Assembly (NCBI RefSeq): GCF_006345805.1
Contig: NC_043002.1
Span: 46,004,001 to 46,068,000, forward strand
Direction of reading: 5' to 3'
DNA length: 64,000 nt
Source of the DNA: Octopus sinensis
Lineage: Eukaryota
Shown: positions 26,006 through 40,354 of the stretch, piece by piece
Position numbering within the stretch: the stretch's first letter is position 1
How the letters are laid out: each line of letters begins with the position of its first letter
Translations under genes and position numbers: made by a program
The notes under the pieces: generated by a model
Database searches by the model: none
What the model was told of the DNA's origin: nothing
What the model saw: the letters and a program-made list of their open reading frames with translations, nothing else

Positions 26006-26798
26006 AGCAGCAACAGCAGCAGCAAAAGCAGCAGCAGCAGCAACAACAACAACAACAAGCATGTTTTCTTTCTTTTCTGAGAAAAATGGACTAAATAGAA
26101 AAAATATTTCATCTTTACAACATCTGGCAATCAAGTTGTTCAAAGTCGGCAAGAGTAGTGTTCTTCAATGCATTTGCAAAGAGCATTCTTCCCTATGAAG
26201 CTAAAACATAGACTACGTAGAAGGAGCTCCAAGACTCCTTTGATGATACATACACCAAGTTTCTTATGAGGGCTCAAAACATCTCATTATGAGCACAAGT
26301 GAAGATTAATGGACACATTAATCCACCCATCTCTGCTAATGTAGATGAGGTTTTGTTAGCCTCTGCTATCATGCTGAAACACCAGATCATATAAGATGTT
26401 ACCATTTTAGAAACTTCTGCACCTTGAAAGAAGACAAAATCTACTTAACTACATTGACATTATTGGCAGAGACACACAACCTGTAACTGAAGTACTACCA
26501 AACCTAACAGGGGGTGACAGAGATTCTTTTGCATGGGAGGTGAAACACACACCTTGGTTGTGATTACCTGAAGAACAATTATCCTTTTTGTTTATTTTAG
26601 TAGTACTCCTGTTGATAAAGAGGACATTTTCAACTGAGTAGACTAGTTCATTAGTTCATCTATGATAATGAACTTATTGCATAGTGTTCAGGTGTACTAT
26701 ATAAGTAAAATCAAGCTTCATTAAAAATATGATACACAAAGACACTGAATGTAGTATAACAATAACAAAAAGTCATGTAGAGATTTGTACGAAGTCAA

Positions 26799-26804
26799 TT
26801 TATT
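26799..26804 (-). promoter_or_regulatory. AATAAA polyadenylation signal overlapping the SPMAP1-like stop codon
   Basis: Minus strand reads TAT TAA TAAA, so the hexamer shares bases with the stop codon. Confidence 0.5.
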
Positions 26805-26948
26805 AATATTTAATCTTTTCAAACAAAGATGGTTGCATCCTGAGCTGAGGGGTGTTACGCCTGTATCCAAATAAACCATTATAACCTATGATAGGTTGAA
26901 TATCACACATGAAAGATGAATGGCCACTAGTTAATTCTCTTGAATGAC
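26803..26948 (-). CDS. SPMAP1: SPMAP1-like exon 3: GHSRELTSGHSSFMCDIQPIIGYNGLFGYRRNTPQLRMQPSLFEKIKY-stop
   Basis: tttacag acceptor, phase 1; conserved GYNGxFGYRRNTPxLR motif; TAA at 26805-26803; spliced total 165 aa. Confidence 0.93.
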
Positions 26949-28106
26949 CTGTAAACAGAAATAGTGAAGTATTTATGGTAAATTTTCAAAATAAAATTTT
27001 AGCAAAATACACTTAAAGACAAGAACATAATGAATAAGTCTATCATAAAATAGGTGCAGGCATGGCTGTATGGTTTAGAAGCTTGCTTTGCAATCACCTG
27101 ATTTCAGGTTCAGTCCCAATGCACAACATCTTGACAAGTGTCTTCTATACTATAACCCCAGGTTGACAAATGCCTTGTGAGTGAATTTGGTTGACAGAAA
27201 CTGTGTGGAAGCCCACCCTATGTGTGTGTATGTGTGTTGTGTTTGGTTCCACCACTGGTTGTCAATCGGTGTTGGTTTGTTTATAACCCAATTACTTATT
27301 GGTTCTGCAAAAGAGACCAATAGCCTAAGTATCAGACTTAATGAAAAATAAGTACTGGAGTCAATTTCTCCAACAAAACCCTTCAAGGTGGTGCCCTAGC
27401 ATGGCCACATTCCAATGACTGAAATGAAACAAGTAAAAGACAAATGATATAAGATATGCATTTATACAAAAGTCTATAATTATAGACATCAGAAAACAAA
27501 AGAAATTACTACACTAAACTATAGGTTCAGGCATGGTTGTGTAGTAAGAAGCTTGCTTTCCAACTACATGGTTCTGGTTTCAGTCCCACTGCATGACACC
27601 TTGGGCAAATGTCTTCTACTATGGCCTTGGGCCAACAAATACTTTGTGGGTGGATTTGGTAAATGAAAATTTAAATAAGCCTGTTGTATGTATGTATATA
27701 TCTCTTTCTCTTTTACTTGTTTCAGTCATTTGACTGTGGCCATACTGGAGCACCACCTTTACTCAAGCAAATCGACCCCAGGACATATTCTTTGGAAGCC
27801 TAGTACTTATTTTATTAGTCTCTTTTGCCGGACCTCTAAGTTACAGGGATGTAAACACACCAGCATCAGTTGTCAAGCGATGTTGGGGGCACAAACACAG
27901 ACATACAAACATATACACATATACATATATGTATATACATATATACGACAGGCTTCTTTCAGTTTCCGTCTACCAAATCCACTTACAAGGCTTTGGTCAG
28001 CCCTAGGCTATAGTAGAAGACACTTGCCCAAGGTGCCACGCAGTGGGAATGAACCCGGGACCATGTGGTTGGTAAGCAAGCTACTTACCATATAGCCACT
28101 CCTGCG

Positions 28107-28309
28107 TGAGTGGATGCTGAAAAGTTTCTGACTTCGGCCAAAAGAAAATACAGGAAGATCAGTTAGTTAAGATTTTATTCAAAATATTCCCTTTTCAGAT
28201 TCACACACTTATTACAATGATTTTTCAGTTTTCAAAACCCTATAAAAGAACTTGGAAAGTTGGACCTTTGCAATTGCCTTAAAGCCAGGAGCTTTTCAGC
28301 ATCCCCTTA
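28107..28309. mobile_element. About 200-bp mariner-like MITE; second copy at 37834-38050
   Basis: TIRs ggatgctgaaaag / cttttcagcatcc; TA flank; the two copies are homologous. Confidence 0.8.
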
Positions 28310-28870
28310 TATGTGTGTGTGTGTATGTGTGTCTTTGCATCTGTGTTTGTCCTCCTACCACTGCTTAACAACCAGTGTTGGTATGTTTACATCCCTGTAA
28401 CTTAGGGATTTGGCAAAGGAGACCCATAGAACGAAAAAGGAAAATAAGTAGTGGGGCCGATTCATTTGACTCAAAATTTATCAAGGCAGTGTCCCAGTAT
28501 GGCCATAGTCTAATAACTGAAACATGTAAAGGACAAAAGATAAACGTATGTTGGTATTTGCATGTTTTCAGATGAAAATTATTCTTCAGTGCACCTGCAT
28601 CGTGGTTTATAATTCTTGTTCTTTATTTTATGCATGAAATAAATCACATATTTTAATACACACACACTGTAGATGTTGACATGCTACTCAGTTTTAAATA
28701 CTTCAAATGAAAATATATTCAGGCTGCTATTACAGGTGTATATCAAACAACTGCAATAATTAAACATGAATGACATATTTCTTGTTTTTACTTTCAACCT
28801 GCCACAGATGCATTAAGTACTGTAGAAGTTATTGTTGTCATGTCACCATAATGTCTTACAACTATTTTCT

Positions 28871-28930
<60 letters not shown>

Positions 28931-29016
28931 ATACACACACACACACATATATATATATATACATATATATGTATATATATATATATATATATGTATATAT
29001 GCATGTATGTATATAC

Positions 29017-29097
<81 letters not shown>

Positions 29098-29106
29098 CAT
29101 ACATGC

Positions 29107-29149
<43 letters not shown>

Positions 29150-29151
29150 CA

Positions 29152-29198
<47 letters not shown>

Positions 29199-29729
29199 GT
29201 AGTATGTATGTATGTATGTATGTATGTATGTATGTATGTATACATGTATAAGCGTAGATTGAATAGACTAGTGACATTACCATAAAGCTTGCATAGTATT
29301 TTTTCTTGTTTTTCTTTTGTTTTCTTCTTTTTTTTTCTTTTCGTGCAGGCATGGCTGTGTGTTAAGAAGTTCTCTTCTAAACTTTATGGATCTATGTTCA
29401 GTCCCACTCCATGGTACTTTGGGCAAAATGCCCCAAATGTGATCAAAACTTTGTGTGTGGAATTGCTAGATGGATGGTAACTGAAAGAAGCCTATTGTGT
29501 GTGTGTGTGTGTATGTGTATGTGTGTGTGTGTATGTGTATGTATGTGTGTGTGTGTGTATACATGTATACACACACACGTGTATATTATACAAGCACACA
29601 CACATACATGTGTATATTATACATATGCATTGATATATATATACATATATATATATATGTGCATACATATATATATGTATATACATGCACACACAAGCAC
29701 ACACGCACACACACATACACACACACATA

Positions 29730-31079
29730 TGAGGTGTGTCAGAAAAGTGACAGGACTTAATGTGTGTTTTGTGAGCTATGAGTGGAGTAGAGATTAGCAG
29801 ACGGTGTCACTATGTGATGTAATATCCAGGAAGTATATAACTGATCTCATCTCTCTACAGCTATTGTATATTTTTTTCATATGCTTTTGTTAACAGCTTC
29901 TCAATTTTAGGCCATCAAACAGTGGGCACAGAGCAATGTATCAACCTGAAGTTTCTGGTTCACCTAAGAAAAAATCTGTTAAAAGCACGCAGACAACAGC
30001 AGCAAGTGTGGAGGCACAATGGCCCAGTGGTTAGGGCAGCAGACTCGTGGTCGTAAGAACATGGTTCTGATTCCCAGACTGGGCATTGTGAGTGTTTATT
30101 GAGCGAAAACACCTGAGCTCCACGAGGCTACAGCAGAATGGGGGGGAACCCCGCTGTACTCTTTCTTCCTACTTTTGCCACAAAGAGGAACCATGGTGTA
30201 ACCCACTATGGTGTGGTAAACTTTCTGAGCCAAGTCTAGATTGTGAATCCTCTGTATCCCAGGTTGGTTCAGCTCTCCACCCATTAGAAGGCACCATTTA
30301 TGGAATGAGGATAACAATGTCACTTTTGCGCCTGTGCAATCGCCAGTCTATTGCGTGTGGTGGGTGGATCTTCAAGTTGTCACACGTATTTTTAGTAGCT
30401 TAGAGTAGGCTCAAATTAGAGATCATTCTTTGTGGCTAATGGCATGAGTCCTGATTGGAAGAAGAAGACGAAGACAGCAGCAAGTGTACAAAAATGAAAT
30501 GATGCTGCACTCATGGGTTTGTGGGTGGCACAAGAAGTTTAAAGAGAGATGCAAAGAGGTGGAAGATAACTCCAGGAGCAAAAGACCTTCAATGAGCAGG
30601 ACTGAGGCCAACATTGAGTGCATGAGGTAGGTGATGCATGGTGATTATTGGCTCACTGTTTGACTGATTGCAAGTGAGCTGGGAATTAACTGTGACAGCA
30701 TCTGGAGGATTTTTATTGAAGATTTGGGGATGCTGAAGATCTGCACAAAGATGGTGTTGAAGCTGCTGAAAGATGACCAGAAGGAGTGGTGCATACAGGT
30801 GTGCCAGGACATCCTCAAGCATCTTGAAATCGAACCAGACTTGCTGGAGAGAGTTATTACTGGTGATGAGTTATGGATCTTTGAAGACCAAATGACAGCG
30901 GGTCATACATAAATGACAGGCATGGAAAATCCCAGGCAAATCCCTCCAGGAAAACATGGAGGTGTAACAGAGAAGGAGACTTGAGGAAGATTATTTTGAT
31001 GGGAAAAACTTGCTGCTTATAGTTTTGATTTGACATAAATTTTTTGTGACCACAGGCCTGTTTCTTTTCTGACACACCT

Positions 31080-31081
<2 letters not shown>
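29730..31081 (+). mobile_element. Decayed mariner (DD34D-type) transposon with a nested SINE
   Basis: TA flanks; TIRs gaggtgtgtcagaaaag / cttttctgacacacctt; transposase remnants QCINLKFLVHL and KICTKMVLKLL..VITGDELWIF. Confidence 0.9.
30010..30473 (+). mobile_element. tRNA-head SINE with a (GAA)n tail inserted in the mariner
   Basis: 14-bp TSD acagcagcaagtgt at 29996-30009 and 30474-30487; A-box-like tggcccagtggttag and B-box-like ggttctgattcc. Confidence 0.9.
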
Positions 31082-31111
<30 letters not shown>

Positions 31112-31120
31112 ATAATATAT

Positions 31121-31165
<45 letters not shown>

Positions 31166-34100
31166 GTGTAAACAAACAAAGTTTGCTTTTTTTTAGAAGT
31201 GTTGAGATGTATTGAAATATACAGATATAGAAATATTTTATTCTCAAATGCATAATAATAATGCTGAATAACTTAAATAGGATAGAACATCCTTATACTG
31301 CAGAAAAAATTGTTAGCAGCCAACCATGAGACTTGAACTCACATCTCTGTGATTACTGGTCATAGTGCTTTACCTTTAAGTTAAACTGTCCACTAACAAA
31401 TTCTTCTGCAATTTATCCTACTTATGCTATTCAGCATTATTATTATGCATTTGAGAATAAAATATTTGCATATCTGTATATTTCAATACATTTCAATGCT
31501 TCTAAAAAAAAGCAAAATTTATATATATATATATAGGCACAGATGTAGCTGTGTGGTAAGAAGGTAAGAAGCTTGTTTCCCAACCTCATGGTTTTGGGTT
31601 CAGTCCTACTGTGTGGCACAATGGGCAAGTGTCTTCTACGATTGCCTTGGGCTGTCCATAGCCTTGTGAGTGGATTTTTGGTTGATGGGAACTGAAAGAA
31701 GCTCATCTTATAAATATGTGCGTGCGCGCGTGTGTGTGTGCATCTTTGTGTTTGTCCACTACTACGACCACCACCACCACCACTTGACAACCAGTGTAGG
31801 TGTGTTTATGTCCCTGTTACTTTGCAGCTCAGCAAAAATTACTGATAGAATAAGTACTAGGCTTAAAAAAAAGTCCTGGGGTTGATTTGTTTGAATAAAA
31901 CCTTTCCTGGCAGTGCCTCAGCAAGGCTACAGTCAAATGACTGAAAGAAACAGAAGCTGAAAGATATATATATGTATGTATTTATATCTGTATCTATGTA
32001 TGTGTGTCTTTGTGTTTCTGTTGGTTTGTTTATATCCCTGTGACTTAACAGTTCAGTAAAAAGAGACTGATGGAATAAGTACCAAGCTTTAAAACATAAG
32101 TACTGGGGGTTGATTCATTGATTCAAGATGGTTTCCCAGCATGGCTGCAATCCAATGACTGAAACAAGTAAAAAGCATATATTTTGTATTGCAGATCTTG
32201 TCACAACCCAAAGACACCAGCTCTTCTCCTGGACTTCTTAATTAATTTTCTCTCTTGCTGTTTTTACCTTTACTAATACACATTTTTTTATAAGGATTTC
32301 TCACATTAACAAGCATCTGTAATTTTTTGTGGGGAGGGAATATGGTCAAATGGAAGAGAAAAAAAAAATCTAGCTTGACTCCAGCAAAATAAACTAACTT
32401 GACTCTCAGAATGTATTGGAATTTAACTAACTACCTGCATCAGTTCTTAGCTGCTGAAACATTACATCCTTTAAAACCTCCATGCTTCCTGAAATTCGTC
32501 AACACTGCACCTGATAACCCCCGCTCCATACGCATGCACACATGTATATTATGACTCGTACACTGTTTACTTTTCTGACATTTATACATAATTTTATGTA
32601 CTACACATGCACCTTTGATAAGTTATAGTGGACCTGAGCACAATAATTTCATTATTATTATTATTACTTTGTGAAGGTGGCAAGCTGGTAGAATCGTTAG
32701 CTTGCCGGGTGAAATGCTTAGTGGTATTTTGTTTGTCTTTATGTTCTGAGTTCAAATTTCACTGAGGTCGACTTTGCCTTTCATCCTTTTGGGGGTTGAT
32801 GAAATAAGTATCAGTTATGCACTGGGGTTGATGTAATCGACTAGCCCCACGTCTCCAAAAAACGTTCAAGGCCTTGTGCCTAGAGTAGAAATAATTATTT
32901 TGAGGTGGCAAGTTGGCAGAAATGTTAACATGCTGGGTGAAATGCTTAGTGGTATTTTGTCTGTCTTTATGTTTTGAGTTCAAATTCTCTCAAAGTTGAC
33001 TTTGCTTTTCCTCCTCCTCCTCCGCCCCCTCCGCCCCTCCTCCTCCACACCCCTCCACACCCGCCCCTCCTCCTCCTTTTTGTTAGCATGCCGGGTGAAA
33101 TGCTTAGCAGTATTTTGTCTGCCGTTACGTTCTGAGTTCAAATTCTGCTGAGGTCGACTTTGCCTTTCTTCCTTTTGGGGTCGATTAAATAAGTACCAGT
33201 TACGCACTGGGGTCAATATAATCGACTTAATCCGTTTGTCTGTCCTTGTTTGTCCTCTCTGTGTTTAACCCCTTGTGGGTAGTAAAGAAATGGGTATTTT
33301 GTCTGCCGCTACGTTCTGAGTTCAAATTCTGCCTTGGTTGACTTTGCCTTTCATCCTTTCGGGGTCAATGTCATTGTTGTCATTTAATGCCTGCTTTCCA
33401 TGCGGGCATGGGTTGGACAGTTTTGCAGGAGAGCTGACAAATCAGAAGACTGCACCAAGAACTATATTCTGCCTTGGCACGGTTTCTATGGCCGACTGCC
33501 CTTTCTAATACTAACCACTGGATGTTTAGTTTTACATCGCACCAGCAGCAATGAAGTCACTAAACAACACAAACAAAATAAAATCCCTTAGCTGAGTGGA
33601 GAGTTGTATTAGGAAGGCAACAGCTTTGTACCAGGTGATAAGAGTTTAGTGAACAAACAGAGGGACAGAAATAGGTGTCTTACAATAGGGGAGATACATG
33701 GCTACCTCAGTTTGGAAAGAGAGAGAAAAGAGGGTGAAGATGTATAGAAATGAAATTAGGAAATAAAATTATTATTCTTCAATATTATGTAATACTTATT
33801 TGCTGAGATAGTTGAAGTGACTTAGATTAAAATTCCTTTAATTTGTACATGTCTTTCTTTTTCTAAGTAGCTATTGATTAGACCGGTTTGAAAATATGTT
33901 TTTGCTTTTATAGCTGGATAACAAAACAAGCCATCATAAACCCTATGATGAAATACTTCTAATTTTCCACCTGGGGGAGATCAAATAGATTATATAACAT
34001 CATCTCAAAAGACTCACTGCAATAATCGTAACAGAGTATGAGTCAATAATGTATGATGAGTCAGCAGATCAATTTTAGAGCTCTTGGTCTAATTAAAATG

Positions 34101-34737
34101 TTTTGTTGTAAAAGATATGAGGATGTCTTATTAGCCATTTGGGTTTTCAAGACAACCTGAAATCTTGCATTCTTTTTTTGAGCATCTATCTAGAAAAGCA
34201 TGACAGAGTCTATTTCTAGACATGGCTGTGTGGTTAAAAAGTTTGCTCCCCAACCACATAATTCTGGGTTTAGTTCCACAGCATGGCATGATGCCTTGGG
34301 CAAGTATTTTCGACTATAGTCCCTGACTGATTAAAGCCTAGTGAGTGGATTTGTCAGGTAGAAACTGAAAGAAGCTTATCTTCTCATATACATTATAACT
34401 GAAGACACATGGCTCAGTGGTTAGAGTGTCAGGCTCATAATCATGAGATAGTGAGTTCAATTCCATGACTGGCTTGTGTGTTGTGTTCTTGAGCAAGACA
34501 CTTTATTTCATGTTGCTCCAGTTCACTCAGCTGTAGAAATAAGTTGCAATGTTACGGGTACCAAGCTATATCGGCCTTTGCCTCTGTCTTGGATAACATC
34601 GGTGGTGTGGAGAGGGAAGACTGATATGCATGAGCAACTGCTGCTCTTCCACAAACAGCCTTGCCTGGACTTGTGCCTCGGAGGAGAACTTTAGGTGCAA
34701 TCCCATGGTCATTCATAACTGAATGGGGTTTTTACCC

Positions 34738-34803
<66 letters not shown>

Positions 34804-34986
34804 ATAAATATTAGGGAATAAATCCAAATTTACAGGGGAAATCAGATTTAGGATTGAATCCAATTTTATAGTAAAATATTATATAATATTAATTAGAGAC
34901 AAAACCACTATTTTGCAAATCAAACAAAGAAAGACTTAATCCAATACATAAAAAAATTTAATATAAATTAAATAAAATTAAATTCG

Positions 34987-35032
34987 CCACTACAATTATT
35001 TCGTGTCTCTTCTAAGGACATTCATCAGGTGG
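34987..35032 (-). ncRNA. Minimal hammerhead ribozyme motif within a Penelope-like terminal region (about 34800-35100)
   Basis: Minus strand ccac-CTGATGA-a-tgtc-cttagaaga-gaca-c-GAAA-taattg-TA-gtgg. Confidence 0.65.
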
Positions 35033-36805
35033 ATTTCAGATCTAAAAATAATCAATATTTTTAAGATATAAATTTAAAATGACTAAAACTATAAATAATA
35101 TAAATTTATCAATGAAAAAATATATATATATAATCTATATATAATCTATATATAATCAAGAACTAAAATAACCTCTATAAACAATTGAATATAAAGAAAC
35201 CTAGTATTTAAGTTCTCATATTTAAAGATGAAGAATCTAATTTCAAAAAACAAAAAATAAAAATAAAATATATATATACACACATGCTCATACACATATA
35301 TCTAAGTATATATAAACATATCTAAATACATACACTAACTCACACACCCATATATATATATCTCTATACATACACACAAACATCTAGGCAACGATAAATT
35401 AATAAAGTAGCCGTATACTTCTACACATTACTTATTCATACTCCCACACACACACATACAACCCTCATTCATAAACACACTCACTCTGCATGACAACCAC
35501 ACATCCAGCAGCCGCATATACTCAACCACAACAACATAAACATTTCATTTTTAGCAAGAAACTACCAAATACCATATACCACGTATATACAACAACCATA
35601 CATAAATACTTAAAACAAACACACACCCACACATATTCCAAATACCACATGCATGCAACAAACATACACAAATACGCAAACAAACACACACACACACACA
35701 CACATTCACACATACATAAACACTCAAAAGAAAACAACATTTCTACACATAAAACAATGCACACCCACACACACTCACACACAATCACTCACATGCAACC
35801 GCACTCCTACCGCCACTCCAACACAGAGGAGTAACAAATTCAGCAGATACATACACTCAGCCACATACATACAGTAACATTCCCTACTCAGCAATATACT
35901 ATTAAAAACCCCAACACCACTCTAAAACAAATTTATGAATGTGAATAATAACTTATATAGAATTATTCTATTATTAAACATAACCTAAACCATTTAAAAA
36001 CGAACCTATCTATTTATCAAAGTATGTCTAAGTTATTTAATAATTAATAACAAAGAAAAGTACGATAAATAGAACACTACATAAACAACAAGATTAACAT
36101 AAGGAGAATATATTATTATTCAAAAGCTTATACATATTAAAATTACAATTAGGAGAACTTAAAAAAATACATACCTTCTATTCAATTTTAAGTTATGAAG
36201 TGAATTTAAAAGTCTAACTGTTACAGCGTTTACAAAATTACGTTACCATAGAAATAGAATATATTTTTAATAAATTCTTTGCGCGTGATGAACGAACGTT
36301 ATTTTAAAGATTATGAATGGAATAGAATGGAATAATATGTTAATCAACGTAAATAGACTAAATTTACTACAAAATTCTTTAATAAAACAATCATGATAAA
36401 CGAAACTCATACATACAAATATAATGATAAAACCTCCCTTTACCATACACAATAACATACATATATATATATATATATATATAATCGCTATTGTAGCTAA
36501 GGATAGACTACATGAATTTCTTCCATCTTTTTGCTCTGTTAAAGTATTTGAGAAAAATTATATTAATGTGTCCAACTGGTTAGAATTCTATTTATTTGTG
36601 CAGCTGATGATGGCACTGCATTTAAACTGATGTAATGATTGCATTGTTCAATTAAATGGAGCTGCTTGAAACAGTCGTACTGCATCACTTCTTGATATCC
36701 TGATGCTTATTTTGATTTTATTCACCTTACTTCGAGCTGTGCGGATAATACCGGATTGACTTGGTGCTTCAACTTAAGTACCTTATTCAACTGATCTCAA
36801 TTATT

Positions 36806-36872
<67 letters not shown>

Positions 36873-36890
36873 GTATATATATATATATAT

Positions 36891-36932
<42 letters not shown>

Positions 36933-36944
36933 TATATATATATC

Positions 36945-36977
<33 letters not shown>

Positions 36978-37004
36978 ATATATATATATATATATATATG
37001 TATA

Positions 37005-37200
37005 CAATTGCAGCATGGAAGGTGTTTATAAACCATTTAAGAAACACACAAAAACCGTTAGATTCACTTCAACATTTAAATTTAATTTGTCAAAATATTT
37101 TTGTCGCTTTGAGACCATGACCTGTTCACTGACAAAACTCTGTGCTGCATCAGATGTGTGTTTCTTAAATGGCTTATAAACACCTTCCATGCTGCAATTG
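37005..37200. repeat. Foldback element with 46-bp inverted arms
   Basis: 37005-37050 and 37155-37200 are reverse complements with one mismatch. Confidence 0.9.
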
Positions 37201-38075
37201 TTTTCATTCCAGCACACGATCTCAGATCAGGTCACTTGCTATGCAAGTACATCTCTATATATGTATTATATATATATATATATATATATGTATGCATATA
37301 TATGTTTAATAGATATAGAATTTATATTTTCTGACCTGTATCTGAAAATATGAATTCTATTACTAGTAGACTCTCATGAGATTGTGTGTGTGTGTGTGTG
37401 TGTATGTGTGTGTGCATGCAAGCATGCATGCATGTATGTGTGTGTATGAGTATGTATTTGTTCCTTATTATCTTGATATTGCATAATAGTTTGTAAATGA
37501 ATATCCCTGTCATACAAGTGGTGTTTGTTTCCAACTTACCATGGAAACACATTCACTCAAGGAGACATATTACTTTGTTTGGAAGTATATAACAGTTGGT
37601 GAGAGGATGGACATCTGGCAATAGAAAACCTGCCTCAATGAATTTTGTCTGTGCTAGGCAAGCAAGGAAAGTGGATGGTCTGAGAAAGTTGACAAGCAAT
37701 TTGACTATTATACAGTTCTGTTTTTGGTTATGATATCATCCTACATCTGACATGTTTATAAGAAAATGGACTGGATCATTAAAAATCATTTCTTTGTCAG
37801 TGACATAATATAATGATAATAAATGATAAATTACAAGGGGATGTTCAAAAGTTCCTGGCTTTGGGTAAAAGAAAATACAGGAGGATCAGTTAATTATGGT
37901 TTTATTCAACATATTCCCATCTCAGATTCACTCCCTTATTGCAGTGGTCCTTCAGTTTTTCTAATCCCTGTAAAAGAATTCACAAGGTTGGGCCTCCAAC
38001 CAGGCCGTTCATGATACCCTTAAAGTCAGGAACTATTCAGCACCCTCTCATACAAAATTGACTCATCAGCTGGTA

Positions 38076-38734
38076 CAGTGTTTCTCAACCATTTTTTTTT
38101 TACCTATAGACCCTTTTCATTCCTATTTTATTTGGGTGGACCCTCATAGACATCTCATGTTTTAAAAATCTTATATTTTTATATTAAATAGAATTATTAA
38201 CCATCTTACAAACAATAACTCTGAGCACCTTTTCAAACTCCACCTGTTCTACCACCTGTGGACATGTTTACAAAGTCAGAAAACAGCACAGCTCCCATGA
38301 CTTTCGGAAACATTTTTTCACACTAAGAGTTGCTGAAGTATGGAACAAACTGCTGGCATCAGTTGTTAGTTGTTGGAGCACTGCATTCTTCAAAACTTCC
38401 ATGCTTTCTGAGATTTGCCAACACTACACCTGATTTTCTCCCCTCCATACACATGCAACTATGTATCTGACTCATACACTGTTCACTTTCCAGACATTTG
38501 TACATTACTGCATATGCTTTGTATGCACTTTTGACAAGTTGTGGCGTACCTGAGCACTGTATACAATAATTTCATTATTATTATTATTTAAATATTATTA
38601 GGAATTGTATAAAAATTTTGTTAAAATATTTCGTGTTTTGCAGAAGTATAACCAATTTATTGCTGATAAATTTTTACAGTAAAATTTTATATGGACCTCC
38701 AAAATTTCATATGGACCCTGGTTGAGAATCACTG
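38076..38734. mobile_element. hAT MITE with a nested CR1/L2 3' end (about 38200-38585); family copies at 62666-62917 and about 48508-48750
   Basis: Perfect 8-bp TSD agctggta; TIRs cagtgtttctcaacc / ggttgagaatcactg; the insert encodes RKHFFTLRVAEVWNKL and ends in (ATT)n. Confidence 0.9.
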
Positions 38735-38828
38735 AGCTGGTATGATGGTATTCTATCAATTTTACTGCCTTCTTAGCAAAAAAATTACCCCAAGTGAAAA
38801 TTTGACAAAACGAGAATGAGTTGCTCAC

Positions 38829-38928
38829 CAGCTCCTGATTTGTTTCTCTGGGATAAATATATGTGACGATGGCCCTTATTGTGAAAATAATCTACAGCTT
38901 TTCCTTCAATAGAACACCCTCCATTCAG
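38829..38928 (-). CDS. SPMAP1: SPMAP1-like exon 2: LNGGCSIEGKAVDYFHNKGHRHIYLSQRNKSGA
   Basis: tttcag acceptor and GTGAG donor; 100 nt, phase 0 to 1; resembles C17orf98 GGTGRDGWIVDYIH...YLNRRNWAGTG. Confidence 0.9.
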
Positions 38929-39689
38929 CTGAAAGTTAAAGACAGAACATCATGTTAGGGTAATGCTGCTGAACGCTATTATAGCAGAAAATATTCATGA
39001 AAAGAACAAGCAAGAGTTAGTTATTTGAAATGTATTCTTTTAAAATAATCTTTATGAAAGAACATATCTAAAAGTTTTTGTTGGTTTGAGGAGACTAATT
39101 CTTATTTTATTACATTGCTCTAAGTTGTACAGATATATATATATATATATATATCCATGGGATAGTATTTCATTACTGGATATTCTTCCTTGCACAGATT
39201 AAGATATCTTAAAATAATATCTAACCTGTCATCAAACTAAGTAAATTGATGATCAGCTTAAAAGTACTGACTTATGAAAGCCAATAATTTCTTTACTGTT
39301 TACAAGATTAATAATAATGCAAGATATCAATAATTCAGCATAATAATAAAAGATAATATGCATAATTTTAGGGAGATTCTAATGTGTTTATAAATTTGAT
39401 TTCAATAAAAAATAGAATTTCCTTCACATTGTATAGTTATAAACATAGATCCTTACTATAATGTGTTTTTCAAGTAATCCGTTACTTAAAAATATAAATC
39501 CTTTGTGAGAAATCATACTGAAAAAGTAACAAACTTTCTATTAAATACAATATGTAACATATACTTGGCTGAGATATCTGGCACCTTGCCATATTCAAGA
39601 AGACCTCTCCTGTACAGCAGAAATGTTACTCTCACTTCCTTTGTTGAAAAGAATTGGCCTGCAAAAGCCCTGTGCTGGTGCCATGTAAA

Positions 39690-39920
39690 AGGCACCTGTG
39701 CCATTGCCATATAATGGCACCTGTTCTGGCACCCTGTTGAAACACCCATGCCAGTGCCAGGTAAAAAGCAACCAGCACTGTAAAGTGGTTGGCATTAGGA
39801 AGGGTATCTAGCCAAATCAGGCTGGAACCTAGTACAGCTCTCCTGCTTGCCAGCTCTGGTCACACCATCCAACCCAGCCAGCATGGAAGACAAATGTTAA
39901 AGGATGATGATGATCATGAT
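39690..39920 (+). mobile_element. RTE-type 3' tail fragment; similar minus-strand fragments at 17640-17950, 33365-33545 and 48959-49300
   Basis: ggttggcattaggaagggtatc...gcatgga...gatgatgat matches the tail of the large LINE. Confidence 0.7.
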
Positions 39921-40354
39921 GGTAACACTATCAATTTAAATAGAATATATTGAGTAATACAATAAGCTCAATCATACCGAATATGTGTACTGCCTATGTC
40001 GCAAAATGTAGATATTGATAAGGTGATCTGATGCTAGCTAAAATGTGCCATCACCACCTTTCATCATTGGAGAAGATGGTTATATAAAATCATGATCTAT
40101 GACAAATAACCAAATTCATAATGTTTAGTTGTTGCAACACACTCTCATAAACAACTCTAAAACCTGAACAAGTTATTGATAACATCCCTATGTGCTCACA
40201 TGTACCATCTGAAGTAAATCTTGTACATTTTTCATAGAACAGACAGAGGAATGTCAGTGAATTTGAACAAGCTAATATCTTCTGAGACCACAATTACACA
40301 GCATTGACTTTGATAGTTTTTTAAATATTAATGGTGAAATACTATGGATAATAC

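Noticed and set aside
28770-29797. YIYI, THTH, VCVC and poly-His/Val ORFs here and at 5105-5631, 25875-26198, 35490-35877, 49065-49289 and 61138-61926
   Set aside because: These are microsatellite translations.
37095-37137. Degenerate hammerhead inside the foldback
   Set aside because: The core boxes do not match CUGANGA/GAAA.
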